Shown here one piece after another: positions 34,801 through 47,744 of a DNA stretch of 64,000 nucleotides. The notes under the pieces are model-generated. The model was given only the letters and a program-made list of their open reading frames with translations. It was not told the origin of the DNA and did not search any database. The DNA is from Macrostomum lignano (lineage: Eukaryota), in NCBI GenBank assembly GCA_002269645.1, contig NIVC01002006.1:124001-188000 (forward strand), in the 5' to 3' direction. Position numbers and translations under genes: made by a program. How positions within the stretch are numbered: the first letter of the stretch is position 1; each line of letters opens with the position of its first letter.

Positions 34801-36967
34801 TGTAGCTAAGAGGTACCTGTCTGTGTCCATGAGGTACCTGTCTGTAGCTATGAGGTACCTGTCTGTGACTATGAGGTACCTGTCTATGTCCATGAGCTAC
34901 CTGTCTGTGACTATGAGGTACCTGTCTGTAGCTATGATGTACCTGTCTGTGGCTATGAGGTACCTGTCTGTAGCTATGAGGTACCTGTCTGTAGCTATGA
35001 GGTACCTGTCTGTAGCTATGAGGTACCTGTCTGTGTCCATGAGGTACCTGTCTGTAGCTATGAGGTACCTGTCTGTGGCTATGAGGTACCTGTCTGTGGC
35101 TATGATGTACCTGTCTGTGGCTATGAGGTACCTGTCTGTGACTATGAGGTACCTGTCTGTAGCTATGAGGTACCTGTCTGTGTCCATGAGGTACCTGTCT
35201 GTGGCTATGAGGTACCTGTCTGTAGCTTTGAGGTATCTGTCTGTGGCAATGAGGTACCTGTCTGTAGCTATGAGGTACCTGTCTGTAGCTATGAGGTACC
35301 TGTCTGTGGCTATGAGGTACCTGTCTGTGGCTATGAGGTACCTGTCTGTAGCTATGAGGTACCTGTCTGTAGCTATGAGGTACCTGTCTGTCTATGAGGT
35401 ACCTGTCTGTGGCTATGAGGTACCTGTCTGTGGCTATGAGGTACCTGTCTGTGGCTATGAGGTACCTGTCTGTAGCTATGAGGTACCTGTCTGTAGCTAC
35501 GAGGTACCTGTCTGTGTCTATGAGGTACCTGTCTGTAGCTATGAGATACCTGTCTGTGGCTATGAGTTACCTGTCTGTAGCTATGAGGTACCTGTCTGTG
35601 TCTATGAGGTACCTGTCTGTGGCTATGAGGTACCTGTCTGTGGCTATGATGTACCTGTCTGTAGCTATGATGTACCTGTCTGTGGCTATGAGGTACCTGT
35701 CTGTGTCTATGAGGTACCTGTCTGTAGCTATGATGTACCTGTCTGTAGCTATGAGGTACCTGTCTGTGTCTATGAGGTACCTGTCTGTGGCTATGATGTA
35801 CCTGTCTGTAGCTATGATGTACCTGTCTGTGGCTATGAGGTACCTGTCTGTGTCTATGAGGTACCTGTCTGTAGCTATGATGTACCTGTCTGTAGCTATG
35901 ATGTACTTGTCTGTGAGCATAAGATGCCAACCATTGCCATGAGTCATAGTTAGTCACCAGTCTATGACAGATTCCCGATTCCCACGCGGTACCACCGCAC
36001 CCCGCCTGTAAATCTGCGCAGATCCGGCCGCTGCAGCGCTCCTTCACCTCGTCGGCATTCCTGATGCCGCAGGCGCCCCTTTGGCCGCCTGGCGAGCCCT
36101 TTGCCAGCCGGCCGGGCCGCAACTACAGCTCCTCGAACTATGCGGAATTCTTTGCTGACATCGGCTTTCCCGAGGGCCTGGCCATGCGGCTGGCGTCTCT
36201 GACCGACTTTGACGCGACGAAACCGCCCGGCGTTGAGGTTCACTGCGTCCACGGCGACGGGCTGCCGACCCCGGGCCGGTTCGTGTGGACCAGCGACGAG
36301 CCCGGGTGGGCCGATAGCCAGCCGGGCATTGTCAATGACAACGGTGACGGCACGGTCAACGAGCGAAGCCTGCAGGCCTGCGTCAAGTTCTGGTCGGGTG
36401 TTCAGAAGCAGCCGGTGAGAGCTGAGGGATCGGAATGATCAACCTACCTGCCTACCCAGATGCTTGAGTAGCCTCCAGCCTATCTACCCAGATGCTTGAG
36501 TAGTCTCCACCCTATCTACCCAGATGCTTGAGTAGCCTCCACCCTATCTACCCAGATGCTTGAGTAGCCTCCACCCTATCTACCCAGATGCTTGAGTAGC
36601 CTCCAGCCTATCTACCCAGATGCTTGAGTAGCCTCCACCTTATCTACCCAGATGCTTGAGTAGCCTGCAGCCTATCTACCCAGATGCTTGAGTAGCCTCC
36701 ACCTTATCTACCCAGATGCTTGAGTAGCCTGCACCTACCCATTTGCTTGGTCACGTCATTTCCTCTTCAACGTGTCACCCGCAGGTTCGCAGCTTTGTAA
36801 TTGACGGCGCCGAGCACGTAAAGATTCTGCGCCACGCCGCCTTCATCAACTATACCCTGACCCTATTGAGCACCTTTGACGCTGAGCAGCCACAGCCTCA
36901 GCCGCTGTTTTACTCGTCAAAGGCAAAGACCCTGCCGGATGAAAATGCCGAAGACCGCTGGTTGTAG
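31806..36967 (+). CDS. PLA2G15: Lysosomal phospholipase A2 group XV / LCAT family; exons 31806-32261, 33005-33337, 36022-36414, 36785-36967 (~454 aa)
   Basis: Signal peptide; PVILIPGDGGSQVEARL; WLNLELL; RGVPFDFRRSP; nucleophile AHSYG; GDGTVNERSL (Asp); AEH (His). All introns phase 0, GT-AG. Confidence 0.9.
32770..32945 (-). mobile_element. tRNA-derived SINE with CORE-like central domain in PLA2G15 intron 1
   Basis: Head with A box (TGCAGCCTAGTGG) and B box (GGTTCGATTCCC), then TGTGTCCTTGAGCAAGACAC...TCAGTTCCCCCAGCTGTAAAAGGG resembling the MIR CORE. Confidence 0.75.
33455..35910. repeat. 21-bp minisatellite (GAGGTACCTGTCTGTAGCTAT), ~115 copies, fills PLA2G15 intron 2
   Basis: Tandem periodicity; source of the many MRYLSVA / DRYLIAT ORFs. 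Confidence 0.97.
36445..36735. repeat. 32-bp minisatellite in PLA2G15 intron 3
   Basis: CCTATCTACCCAGATGCTTGAGTAGCCTCCAC, ~9 copies. Confidence 0.9.
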
Positions 36968-37607
36968 ATATACGCTGTTCTACTTTTGCTACCAATTAGT
37001 AGTATGCACTGCACATCGCCGCGAGTTTAGATCTTCAAGACTCCGCTAAATATTGGTGTATAATAAACAGCTTCACATGAAAATGCGCTGCACAGTGCTT
37101 GATTGACTATTTCGCTGCCTCTGGCTTATGCAGTGACCCGTTTTTCTCATTTGCTGTGACTGTTACATTTATTCAGACTGGGGTCCTGGCCTTCAATAGT
37201 GTACCCTACTATTTTATCGTCTGGCACGTACGTACTTTACACATTATGTACATATTATTGTACATAACGGAATTCCACTTCGTTAAGTTTACTCGCACAT
37301 CATGAGTATATGTACTGTATTGTATGTAACGCGAACTGTTATTCTGCAGTGTGCATAAATGACTGGCCTTGGTGGTCTGCTTTGCTTTGTACTGTAATAA
37401 AAATAATGAATAAAAATAAGCACTGCTGTCTTTTACCTCGCGACCATTTTTAAACCTAAAAATTAATAAATAAATTGTTAATAAATTAACAAACTCGCAA
37501 GCCATTGTTAAAATTTATCTTTTTTATTTTACTACTAATAGTAGCTTTAGTTTTCTATTTACGCGTAAGAAAATGCGCTGGCAATATGAGCGACCCGGCC
37601 AGTTCAG

Positions 37608-40600
37608 TCAGTTGTCCTCGTCTGACCCCCGCGGGCAGAAGGCCTCGTCAAACTGATCGGTGCTGATGCGACCTTTTCTCAGCTTCTTCAGCAGTCCGAC
37701 ATCGCGCTCCAGCTCGGCCAGGTCCTCGTCGTCAAGGCCGGCGCCGTCCGCTTTGCCGCCGGGCGCGCGGCGCTTTCGTTTGGCGGCGCGCGCTTCGCGC
37801 TCTCGACACCGTTCTATCCGCAGCCGGCGGTAGGCGGGCAGCGCCGACAGGTCGTTTTTGGGCTTCTCCTGGGGGACAGCAGGTGTGATTTATGGCTGAG
37901 GATTTGGGAATTCGGAATCTACGTGACCAAGAATGGGATCTGGGATCAGAAATTAGTGAATGGGATCTGGGATCAAAAATTAGTGAATGGGATCTGGGAT
38001 CAGAAATTAGTGAATGGGATCTGGGATCAAAAATTAGTGAATGGGATCTGGGATCAGAAATTAGTGAATGGGATCTGGGATCTGAAATAAAGAAATGAGA
38101 TCTCGGATCACAAATTAAATGGGATCTGGGATCAGAAATTTGTGAATGGGATCTGGGATCAGAAATAAAGAAATGAGATCTCGGATCACAAATTAAATGG
38201 GATCTGGGATCAGAAATTAAAAGAAATGGGATCTGGAATCAGAAATTACAAAACGGGATCTGGAATCTGAAATAACAAAATGAGATCTTGTAACAGAAGT
38301 TAAATAATGGGATTTGGGATCAAGAATTATAAAATGTAAGATTAGCAATCAAAAATATGAATGGAAAGGGATTTGCACGCACCTGCCGCAGCTGCTCCTG
38401 CTTCGCCCGCTGCCGCCGAACGCTCCGATCCAGATACGGAATCGCCCCGACGTCGACGTCCTTGACCGGGTCGAAGTCGGTCACGGCCAGCTTGCGCAGC
38501 TCGGGCATTCTGGGCAGGCGCAGCAGCCCGAACGCCGTGGCCAGCCGGCCGATGTTGAGGTCGCGCAGGCGGAACAGCAGGCGGCACTCGTGCTTCCTGT
38601 AGAACTGCACGTAGGACACGAAAGCTCGGACGGATTTCTCGCACAGCAGGCGGTCCCGACTGCACAGCTGGCGCAGCTGCGGGCCCAAGTCTGTCAGACT
38701 GTTGTACACCTGCTGTAGCTCCTGGCGCTCCACCTGATAAACGAGACGGGTGGACGAGTTGAAATGGTAGAGAGTTAACTGCTGCTGAGCTCAAACTAAT
38801 AGGCAACTATGCGAGCGGACACATTAATGAAGCCTTTCTACAGCTAGACGAATCTCAATACTAGATAGAGAAAAATCTCACTCTAGATAGAGATGATTCT
38901 CCCTATGATTCTCCCTCTAGATAGAGACGAATCTCAGTCTAGATAGAGACGAATCTCAGTCTAGATAGAGACGAATCTCACTCTAAATAGAGATGAATCT
39001 CACTCTAGATAGAGACGAATCTCAGTCTAGATAGAGACGAATCTCAGTCTAGATAGAGACGAATCTCACTCTAAATAGAGATGAATCTCACTCTAGATAG
39101 AGATGAATCTCACTCTAGATAGAGATGAATCTCACTCTAGATAGAGATGAATCTCACTCTAGATAGAGACGAATCTCACTCTAGATAGAGATGAATCTCA
39201 CTCTAGATAGAGATGAATCTCACTCTAGATAGAGATGAATCTCACTCTAGATAGAGATGAATCTCACTCTAGATAGAGATGAATCTCACTCTAGATAGAG
39301 ATGAATCTCACTCTAGATAGAGATGAATCTCACTCTAGATAGAGATGAATCTCACTCTAGATAGAGACGAATCTCACTCTAGATAGAGACGAATCTCACT
39401 CTAGATAGAGACGAATCTCACTCTAGATAGAGACGAATCTCGCTCTAGATAGAGACGAATCTCACTCTAGATAGAGACGAATCTCACTCTAGATAGAGAC
39501 GAATCTCACCCTAGATAGAGACGAATCTCACTCTAGATAGAGACGAACCTCACTCTCAATAGAGACCAATCTCATACTCATGAGACGAATCGAAGCCATG
39601 AGACGGATCTCAGCCATGAGACGAGCCCCAGTTGCTCACCGCAACGCCCTGGTTCAGTCTGAGGAACTCCACGTACTCCAGCTCGTGCGGCTGCAGCAGC
39701 AGCATGGCCCGGCCCAGCCGGCCAATGCGGGCGGTGCGGCCGCAGCGGTGCACGAAATGCTCGGCGCTGGTGGGCGGGTCCAGCTGCAGCACCCAGGCAA
39801 CGTCGGGCAAGTCGACGCCGCGAGCCAGGACGTCGGTGCAGACGAGGGCGCCGGAGCGGCAGCTGGCGAAGGCGGCGAACACGGAGCGGCGCTTCTTGCG
39901 CATCCGGCCGTGGATGGCGGACAGCGGCGGCAGGTCGGGGCGAAGCTGGCGCAGCGCCTTGGCCAGGTAGTCCGCTACGGCACAGGTGGCCACGAATACC
40001 AGCACCTGCGGGAGATTATTGGCAGCGATGTTACTCTAATCCCAAAAATCTACTCAAATCGCAAAAATTTTCCCAAATCCCACAATCTACTCAAATCCCA
40101 AAACTCACCTGAAATCCCCAAAACTCACCTGAAATCCCCACAACTCACCTGAAATCCCCACAACTTAACTGAAAACCCCAAATCCCAACTGAAATCCTCA
40201 TATCTCAACTGAAATCCTCATATCCCAACTGAAATACTCATATCCCAACTGAAATCCTCATATCCCAACTGAAATCCTCATAATTCAACTGAAATCCTCA
40301 TATCCCAACTGAAATCCTCATATCCCAACTGAAATCCCCATATCCCAACTGAAATCCCCATAATTCAACTGAAATCCTCATAATCCAACTGAAATCCCCA
40401 TATCCCAACTGAAATCCTCATATCCCAACTGAAATCCCCATATCCCAACTGAAATCCCCATATCCCAACTAAAATCCTCATATCCCTACTTCTTCGGAAG
40501 ACTAATTTAAACCAGACATCATCGCCAGTGACACGGAGCTCTAATTAACCTTCTGCTCAGCGGCATGCTCCATCAAAAAGGTGCACAGGAAGTCCAGTTT

Positions 40601-42009
40601 CTTATCGGCCGCAATCTCGCAGTAGAGGTTGGTGAGGCCGGCCGGCACCCTGGCCAGCTTCTCTGTCACCCGCACCGACACCGGGTTGCGCAGGCCGGCC
40701 CGCACCAGCTGCTCCAGCTCGCGAGTCTGCGTAGCGCTGAACAGCCCCGTGCGGCGCTGCTTCGGCAGGCGGGACAGCAGGGCGTCCAGGGCCGGGCGGA
40801 AGCCCTGCTGCAGCAGCCGGTCCGCTTCGTCCAGCAACAGCAGCTCCACCGAGCGCAGAGCCGAGCAAAGCCGCTCGCCGGTTGAGCAGCTCGACTCCAA
40901 CAGGTCGCTGAGACGCCGCGGGGTGGCTACGACTAGGGTGGCGCCCTGCGTGTTTGGGGGAGGCCAAGGCTTTGAGGATCTTGGGAATGGGAATCTTGGG
41001 AATATGGATTTTGGGAATGGGATCTTGGGAATAGGGATCTTGGGAATAGGTAGGCATCTTGGGAACAGGGATCTTGGGAATAGGGATCTTGGGAATGGCT
41101 GGATCTTGGGAAAGGGCATCTTGGGAATAGGGATCTTGGGAATGGCTGGATCTTGGGAAAGGGCATCTTGGGAATATGGATGGGAATGGGATCTTGGGAA
41201 TAGGGATCTTGGGAATAGGGATCTTGGGAATAGGGATCTTAAGAATAGGGATCTTGAGAATGGGATCTTGGGAATGAGGATTTTGGGAATAGGGATCTTG
41301 GTAATATGGATCTTGGGAATGGGGATCTTGAGAGTGGGGATCTGGGGAGTGGGGATCTCAGAAATGGGGATCTTGGGAATGGGGATCTTGGGAATGGGGA
41401 TCTTGGGATTGAGGATCTGGGGACCGATGATCTTGGGAATGGTGATCTTGGGAATAGTGGAATTTAATTATTTGACTAAGATTATAGAACTAGAGTCTTG
41501 TGAGTCATGACACAAGGCCTAGAGATCTTGGCATATTGGGAGTTTTAGCATTATCCCAGCCTCATAGTACTCACCTTAGCCAGAGCAGCATCAATCTCAG
41601 CCTGCGAGCAGCCCCTAGTGAGCAGCAGCTGGCCCCAGCTGCCGGGCTGGCGATGCCGCTCATAGTGCGGCATCAGGAGAGCCAGCACTCCGCTCACCTG
41701 CCTGGCCAGCTCAGCTGTCGGCGCCACAATCACGGCGCCGGTTTCTCCGCGGCCCCAAGGCTCCGGCCGGCGGGACAGCAGCTCCAGAGCCGGCAACAGG
41801 TAAGCCAGGGTTTTGCCCGACCCCGTCACAGCCTCCGCCGCTACATCCTTGTTGCTGAGCAGCAGCGGGATGCAGGCTCGCTGGACTGGGGTTGGTGCAG
41901 CGAAGCCAAGAGCCGCGATGGCGGATTGAGCAGCTGGGGACAGCTCGACTCTGTCCAGCTGCCAGCCGCTTGGCTGAGGTAGGGGCTGCTGCGATTGCTG
42001 CTCCTGCAT
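37608..42009 (-). CDS. DDX55: DEAD-box helicase DDX55/Spb4; exons 42009-41575, 40945-40550, 40005-39640, 38733-38383, 37868-37608 (~602 aa)
   Basis: Q motif (TPVQ), AVTGSGKT, PTAELA, DEAD, SAT, RGVD, HRCGRTAR, and the DDX55 C-terminal AFVSYVQFYRKHEC...ATAFGLLRLPRMPEL. All introns phase 0. Confidence 0.95.
37925..38310. repeat. 27-bp minisatellite in DDX55 intron 4
   Basis: GAATGGGATCTGGGATCAGAAATTAGT units. Confidence 0.9.
38850..39590. repeat. 22-bp minisatellite in DDX55 intron 3
   Basis: CTCTAGATAGAGATGAATCTCA units. Confidence 0.95.
40080..40490. repeat. 20-bp minisatellite in DDX55 intron 2
   Basis: CTGAAATCCTCATATCCCAA units. Confidence 0.9.
40975..41460. repeat. 15-bp degenerate minisatellite in DDX55 intron 1
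   Basis: GGGATCTTGGGAATA units. Confidence 0.9.
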
Positions 42010-42049
42010 GCAGAAGATAATGAGGTATAGCGATTTCTTTTAATAGCGA

Positions 42050-42430
42050 ATGCCAATTCCTTAGATAGTGAATGCCAATTCCTTAGATTGTGAATGGCAA
42101 TTCCTTAGATAGTGAATGGCAATTCCTTAGATTGTGAATGGCAATTCCTTAGTGAATGGCGATTCCTTATAGATAGTGAATGGCGATTCCTTAGTGAATG
42201 GCGATTCCTTAGTGAATGGCGATTCCTTATAGATAGTGAATGGCGATTCCTTAGTGAATGGCGATTCCTTATAGATAGTGAATGGCGATTCCTTAGTGAA
42301 TGGCGATTCCTTATAGATAGTGAATGGCGATTCCTTAGTGAATGGCGATTCCTTATAGATAGTGAATGGCGATTCCTTAGTGAATGGCGATTTCTTATAG
42401 ACAGTGAATGCCAATTTATTAGATAGTGAA
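42050..42430. repeat. Compound 18/24-bp minisatellite upstream of DDX55
   Basis: GTGAATGGCGATTCCTTA alternating with a variant carrying an added TAGATA. Confidence 0.9.
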
Positions 42431-43089
42431 TGGTGTCTACTAAATAACAGTGATCTTGAAATTAGTACATGTAAGTCGCGGTGAACACCAGGTTAAAACT
42501 TTGGCTGAAACAGGTACACCATTTATTTAATGCAGACATTTATTAATAATTTATTAAGCATTGCTGAAGCACTAACACCAGGACAGCCATTATAATCGCA
42601 TCACCGATAAAGGCACATTCATAATGTCGGTGAGCACAAGTTATAGATAAGTGAAGAATGCAAAATGCCCAGCAGCATATTTTAACAAATAAACTAACAG
42701 ACAGATGCCTAGATTCAAACAAAAAATAATGATAATAACAAGTGACTGAATGCGATTTTCACGGGCACAACAGCTAAGGAACTGATGGGGTGAATTTTCT
42801 CAACTTTAGATATAACTAAATATTTCACTATAATTTAGTAGCAGACCACTGGAACAGCACCTACAACACAGACAGAACCCACTGACCAAATGTTTAGTAA
42901 CATTTTTTTCTATAAAAGAACGCAAAACATCTAAAAAATGGTCAAAATTAATTCATGGTAAAATCTCGTTTTAAAATGTATGAGTATTAGCCAGAGATGA
43001 ATTTGGCGCACTGCACTACATTGAAGATTGCATTGGTTGAGCTTAAGTCTGAAGCCTGAATTTCATAAGGCCCAATAGAGAGTTTCTGT

Positions 43090-43266
43090 GATGCAGAGGC
43101 TCAATGAGGAGGTGCTGAGATGCCAGACTCAATGGGGAGGTGCTGAGATGCCATGACTCAATGGGGAGCTGCTGAGATGCCATGACTCAATGGGGAGGTG
43201 CTGAGATGCCATGACTCAATGGGGAAGTGCTGAGATGCCATGACTCAATGGGGAAGTGCTGAGATG
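43090..43266. repeat. 29-bp minisatellite interrupted by a MITE (resumes at 43860)
   Basis: CTCAATGGGGAGGTGCTGAGATGCCATGA units. Confidence 0.85.
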
Positions 43267-43859
43267 CCCTATAGGAAAAAGTTGTAAAACCGCGGACGGT
43301 GTCCGGCGCACTTTTGAAATTTTTCTAAAGCGCAGCGCGCGCACAGGCGCATCGCCTGCGCGCGCGCTGCCCTTTCTAACTGGCTGCTGCTCTAGCAAAA
43401 ACATATACATGGAAATGGGTATAATACCCCTGTTGAAGGGGCTTATACACTCGTAATTTATTAAGCTTAGAGATGTTCCGAGAATTCAATTTCAATTTTC
43501 CAAAATTTGAAATTTTTTAGAGCGAATTTCAATTTAGAAAAAAATTTAGAAGTGAAAATTTTGGTAGTGTCTAAAGAGTCGCTAAAAATAAACTGCTTTC
43601 TACTACATATACATGTATTAATTTTTGCTTAAGCAGTAAATTGAAAGTAAAAAAGTGAGTGTTGATCATACTAAACTTTGTTTTTCTGAATTATGATTTC
43701 GGGAAATTTCAATTTTGATTTTGGAAAGTTAGCAAATTTTGATTTCGACGAAACTGCAGATCTTTCGGAACATCTCTAATAATTCTAAAGCGCGGTAAAA
43801 TAGTTTGACTCTTTTCTAAAGCGCGCGTCCGCGGATTTTTAACATTTATTCCAATAGGG
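43267..43859. mobile_element. 593-bp MITE, ~30-bp TIR (CCCTAT...CCGCGGAC), 8-bp TSD CTGAGATG; nested hAT-like MITE at 43468-43778 (TIR TAGAGATGTTCCGA)
   Basis: TSD at 43259-43266 and 43860-43867; the nested element's TSD is degenerate. Confidence 0.8.
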
Positions 43860-44024
43860 CTGAGATGCCATGACTCAGTTGAGTTTATTGATAACAGGGA
43901 TTAAGGGAGCTCATTCTAACATGAATATTTAATTCAAATTAATTTCAAATCTGTTATCTGGCCAGGAAAACTTCCCATCTCGCTAATAGAATAATTAAAA
44001 TCGCAATGAGGCCCTCAAATCCGG

Positions 44025-47000
44025 CTACCAGACAAACCGCTGCTCCTCGGGCACCCCAGGCCAGAGAAACGGCCGCTTCAGGAACAGCCAGTAAACTGCG
44101 GCATTGACCGCGGCAAAATAAGCCGCCTCGGCCAGCAACCAGGGCCGACTGTCGTGCCTGACAGCGCTTAGTCTCCATAGCAACCAGGGAGCGATGAAAT
44201 AGCGAGGCTCTATTAGAGAGGCCGGCACGAGGGCCAGGGCGCTGCAGCCGAGCAGCGCCAAGCGGAACAGGCAGGACCGGGGCACGGAATGCCAATAGAC
44301 TAGCAGACAGCCAATGTAAGCCGGGATTAGCAGGTAGCGGATTAGCCAATGGCGCTGGAATACTCGCTGCCAAATATAGAATGTCAGGTGGCGATTGTCG
44401 GCTAGCAGGTAGGGATGCTCGTAGGTTTGGTACCTGGGAGTGCAGGGTTGGCCAAGTGTTAATAATAGAGCTCCATGGCTTTGGCCATAGACTAGAATAG
44501 GATAATTCAATATATGGAGAAATTTCATCCACCAGCTGATCAGCTGAAGTTTCTTGTCCCACTTTTCTTAGTAGAAAACTTCAGTATCTGCACCCCAGTG
44601 CCTCAGCTCCCCAGTGCCTCAGCACCCCAGTGCCTCAGCACCCCAGTGCCTCAGCACCCCAGTGCCTCAGCACCCCAGTGCCTCAGCACCCCAGTGCCTC
44701 AGCTCCCCAGTGCCTCAGCACCCCAGTGCCTCAGAAGTCAGAACCCAACCTCATTAAATAGCCGAGTTTATCTATGGAAAAATTAGACCCATCATTAATA
44801 TGAATATTTTAAAACTTCGTCACGAAAATTAAATACTTCTATCCACTCACCTGACAGCTAGACAGACAAGCGCGCTAAGCACCACAATTGGTAGCGCCAT
44901 TCCACGTATCCAGCGCGCTTTTAGCCCACCAGGCGCTCGCGCCGCCGCCCAGATGAGCCGAGCCGCCGCGGCGGGGTGCATAGCAACACAAAAGCCTAGA
45001 AAGTACAAAGCCTGCGGACTGTGTAGGCGGGCCTCGTGAGCCGACCGGTCGCCCAGAGCCACGCCGCCGTTCAGGCGAACAAAGACCGCGAATGCGACTA
45101 GGACTGCTACTAGAGGCCAGGATTGGAAAGCCACTCGGCAGCCGGTGACGAAGAACTGGAGTGGGTGGCCGAGGACGGCCGAAGCCTCCGACCATAGCGA
45201 CAGCGGCGGAGCGGCAGCTGAGTAGAAAGGAAAGAGGAAAAAAGTCATGGGACTTGTTTTGGCAATTTCAAGACTGTTAATTGGAATCAAAGTCCTCTGT
45301 CAACAAAATGCAAGTTAAGGTGGGTAATTAACGGGTATTCGTTTAATATTTAATAACGTTTGGAGTTGTTAGTAGCACTGTAAAATCCCGCAGAACCTGA
45401 CTTAAGTCCCCAGTTGCTTATCTTATTAAAAAAACAGAATTCTGACTTAAACACCCAAGAATCTCACTCAAATAACCCAGAATCTCACTCAAATAACCCA
45501 GAATCTCACTCAAATAACCCAGAATCTCACACTCAAATAACCCAGAATCTCACACTCAAATAACCCAGAATCTCACTCAAATACCCCAGAATCTCACTCA
45601 AATAACCCAGAATCTCACTCAAACACCCCAGAATCTCACTCAAATAACCCAGAATCTCACTCAAATACCCCAGAATCTCACTCAAACACCCCAGAATCTC
45701 ACTCAAATACCCCAGAATCTCACTCAAATAACCCAGAATCTCACTCAAACACCCCAGAATCTCACTCAAATACCCCAGAATCTCACACTCAAATAACGCA
45801 GAATCTCACTCAAATACCCCAGAATCTCACTCAAATAACCCAGAATCTCACTCAAATAACCCAGAATCTCACACTCAAATAACCCAGAATCTCACTCAAA
45901 TACCCCAGAATCTCACTCAAATAACCCAGAATCTCACTCAAACACCCCAGAATCTCACTCAAATAACCCAGAATCTCACTCAAATACCCCAGAATCTTAC
46001 TCAAATAACCCAGAATCTCACTCAAACACCCCAGAATCTCACTCAAATACCCCAGAATCTCACTCAAATAACCCAGAATCTCACTCAAATAACCCAGAAT
46101 CTCACTCAAATAACCCAGAATCTCACTCAAATAACCCAGAATCTCACTCAAATAACCCAGAATCTCACTCAAATAATCCAGAATCTCACTCAAATACCCC
46201 AGAATTTCACTCAAACACCTCACAATCTCACTTAAAATAATACTCCAGAATCTCACTTAAATATCTCAGAATTTGACCCAAATACCCCAGAATCTCAAGT
46301 ACCCAAGAATCTCACTCAAATACCTCAGAATCTCACTCAACTCCACCAGAAATTCACTCAAATCTAAAAAGAGTCAAGCAAGGTTCTCAACCAGCAGCCT
46401 CCCCGCCAGTCGCTCACCTTCGCTCCCCTCGTCCTCCTCCCGCCGCTTGGCCAGGCCGCGCAGCCGGGCCTGCCAGGCCCTGTCCAGCTCCATGCCCAGA
46501 AAGAACAGCAGCCAAACGGCGTTGGTCTGCCGGCAGGCCACTGCCAGACAGCCCAGCAACCCAGCTAGCAGGCGGTGCTCGTTGAGCTGCATGAAATAGG
46601 CGGCCAAGAGGCAGGCTGTAGAGGCCTGGTCGGTGTAGAACAGGCTGACAAAGAAGAACGACACTGGCAGAAGCGACACGCTGAAGGATTTCAACACGCG
46701 AACTCTGGGCTCCGGCAAGGCGCCGCTGTCGCCTGTGACGTCATAGTGCCGCGGAGACGACAGAATGCCGTAGACAGACAGGAAGCTGATTAGAAAGTAC
46801 ACTAAGTTGGTCAGTCGCAGGAAGAACACGCTGCATAACGAGTTGGTATCTGTGGAGGAGGAGCCGGTAAGCTTGCCAGCCAATCGCAGCACAGCAGCGG
46901 ACATCGCGTACAAACCCGGCGGTGTAGTGATCTTCGAATCCCATTCGGTGTAAATCCCTTGGCAATATTTCTGCGCCATTGGCACGTGAAAGATTTCGTC

Positions 47001-47138
47001 CATATAGGCACTGGGCTGCACGCGGTCCAGCTGCATGATGAGGCAGCCAGACAGGCCTATTGAGAACACCAGCAGCTCAGCAAGAAGCATCAAGTGGGAT
47101 CGATCAGGCTGATTGCCTGCAGCTGAGTTGCCCGACAT
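44025..47138 (-). CDS. ALG10: Dol-P-Glc:Glc2Man9GlcNAc2-PP-Dol alpha-1,2-glucosyltransferase; exons 47138-46418, 45217-44851, 44433-44025 (~498 aa)
   Basis: YMDEIFHVPMAQKYC, WDSKITTPPGLY, FYTD, RQTNAVW, NGGVALGDRSAH, HPYLLADNRH.TFYIW, EPRYF, QRFVW. Intron phases 1 and 2 are consistent. Confidence 0.95.
44590..44735. repeat. 16-bp minisatellite in ALG10 intron 2
   Basis: CCCCAGTGCCTCAGCA units. Confidence 0.9.
45455..46360. repeat. 21-bp minisatellite in ALG10 intron 1
   Basis: CCAGAATCTCACTCAAATAAC units. Confidence 0.95.
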
Positions 47139-47744
47139 AGCTGTGTTGTCCTGCGTTGTGAGCTCTGCGCCTTTAAGCTGCAATGTTTTGTGGAGATTCA
47201 ACTACTTTAAGTAGCGGCATCATGGCAGATCCAGAAGGTCAATTGTCAGGAGGGTCAGTTGACTGGAGTGGTAAAAAATGTCCTTTGTTGCCATGTCACT
47301 GATCATTCGAAGTTAAAGGGTACATCAGCTGAAGTGCTGGAATTATTAAAGATTAGACCAAACCAACTTCAGTTGCTCCTTGCAGCCTTATTAAAATAAG
47401 TTGATAATGGTATTCAATATTTTTTTCAATTTTTTTTGGCAAAGTACAATTTTACATGGTATGCCAAAAGCAAGGCACCTCATACTACTCATAGTCTATG
47501 AATACAAGCATATATGATACAAAACTAGTATAAAAATCTACAAACCTACAGACCTAGGCTTCAATCCTTTTTTAAAATGCAATTTGCTCTAAAATGTCAT
47601 TTTAAAACTATATTTTTTGGGTCAAGACACAATTTTGAATCTTGAAATAACCAAAAACTAAATTTTTAAGGTAAAAAATGACCTTGACTTTTAATTTATA
47701 TTTAGATCTCCATCATCAGATACAGCCATAGGTGCAATTTTGCC

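Noticed and set aside
46374-47201. ALG10 start at 47201, and similar upstream starts for PLA2G15 (31773) and the lectin (56175)
   Set aside because: These ORF-track starts are TTG codons; the first in-frame ATGs (47138, 31806, 56349) were used instead.
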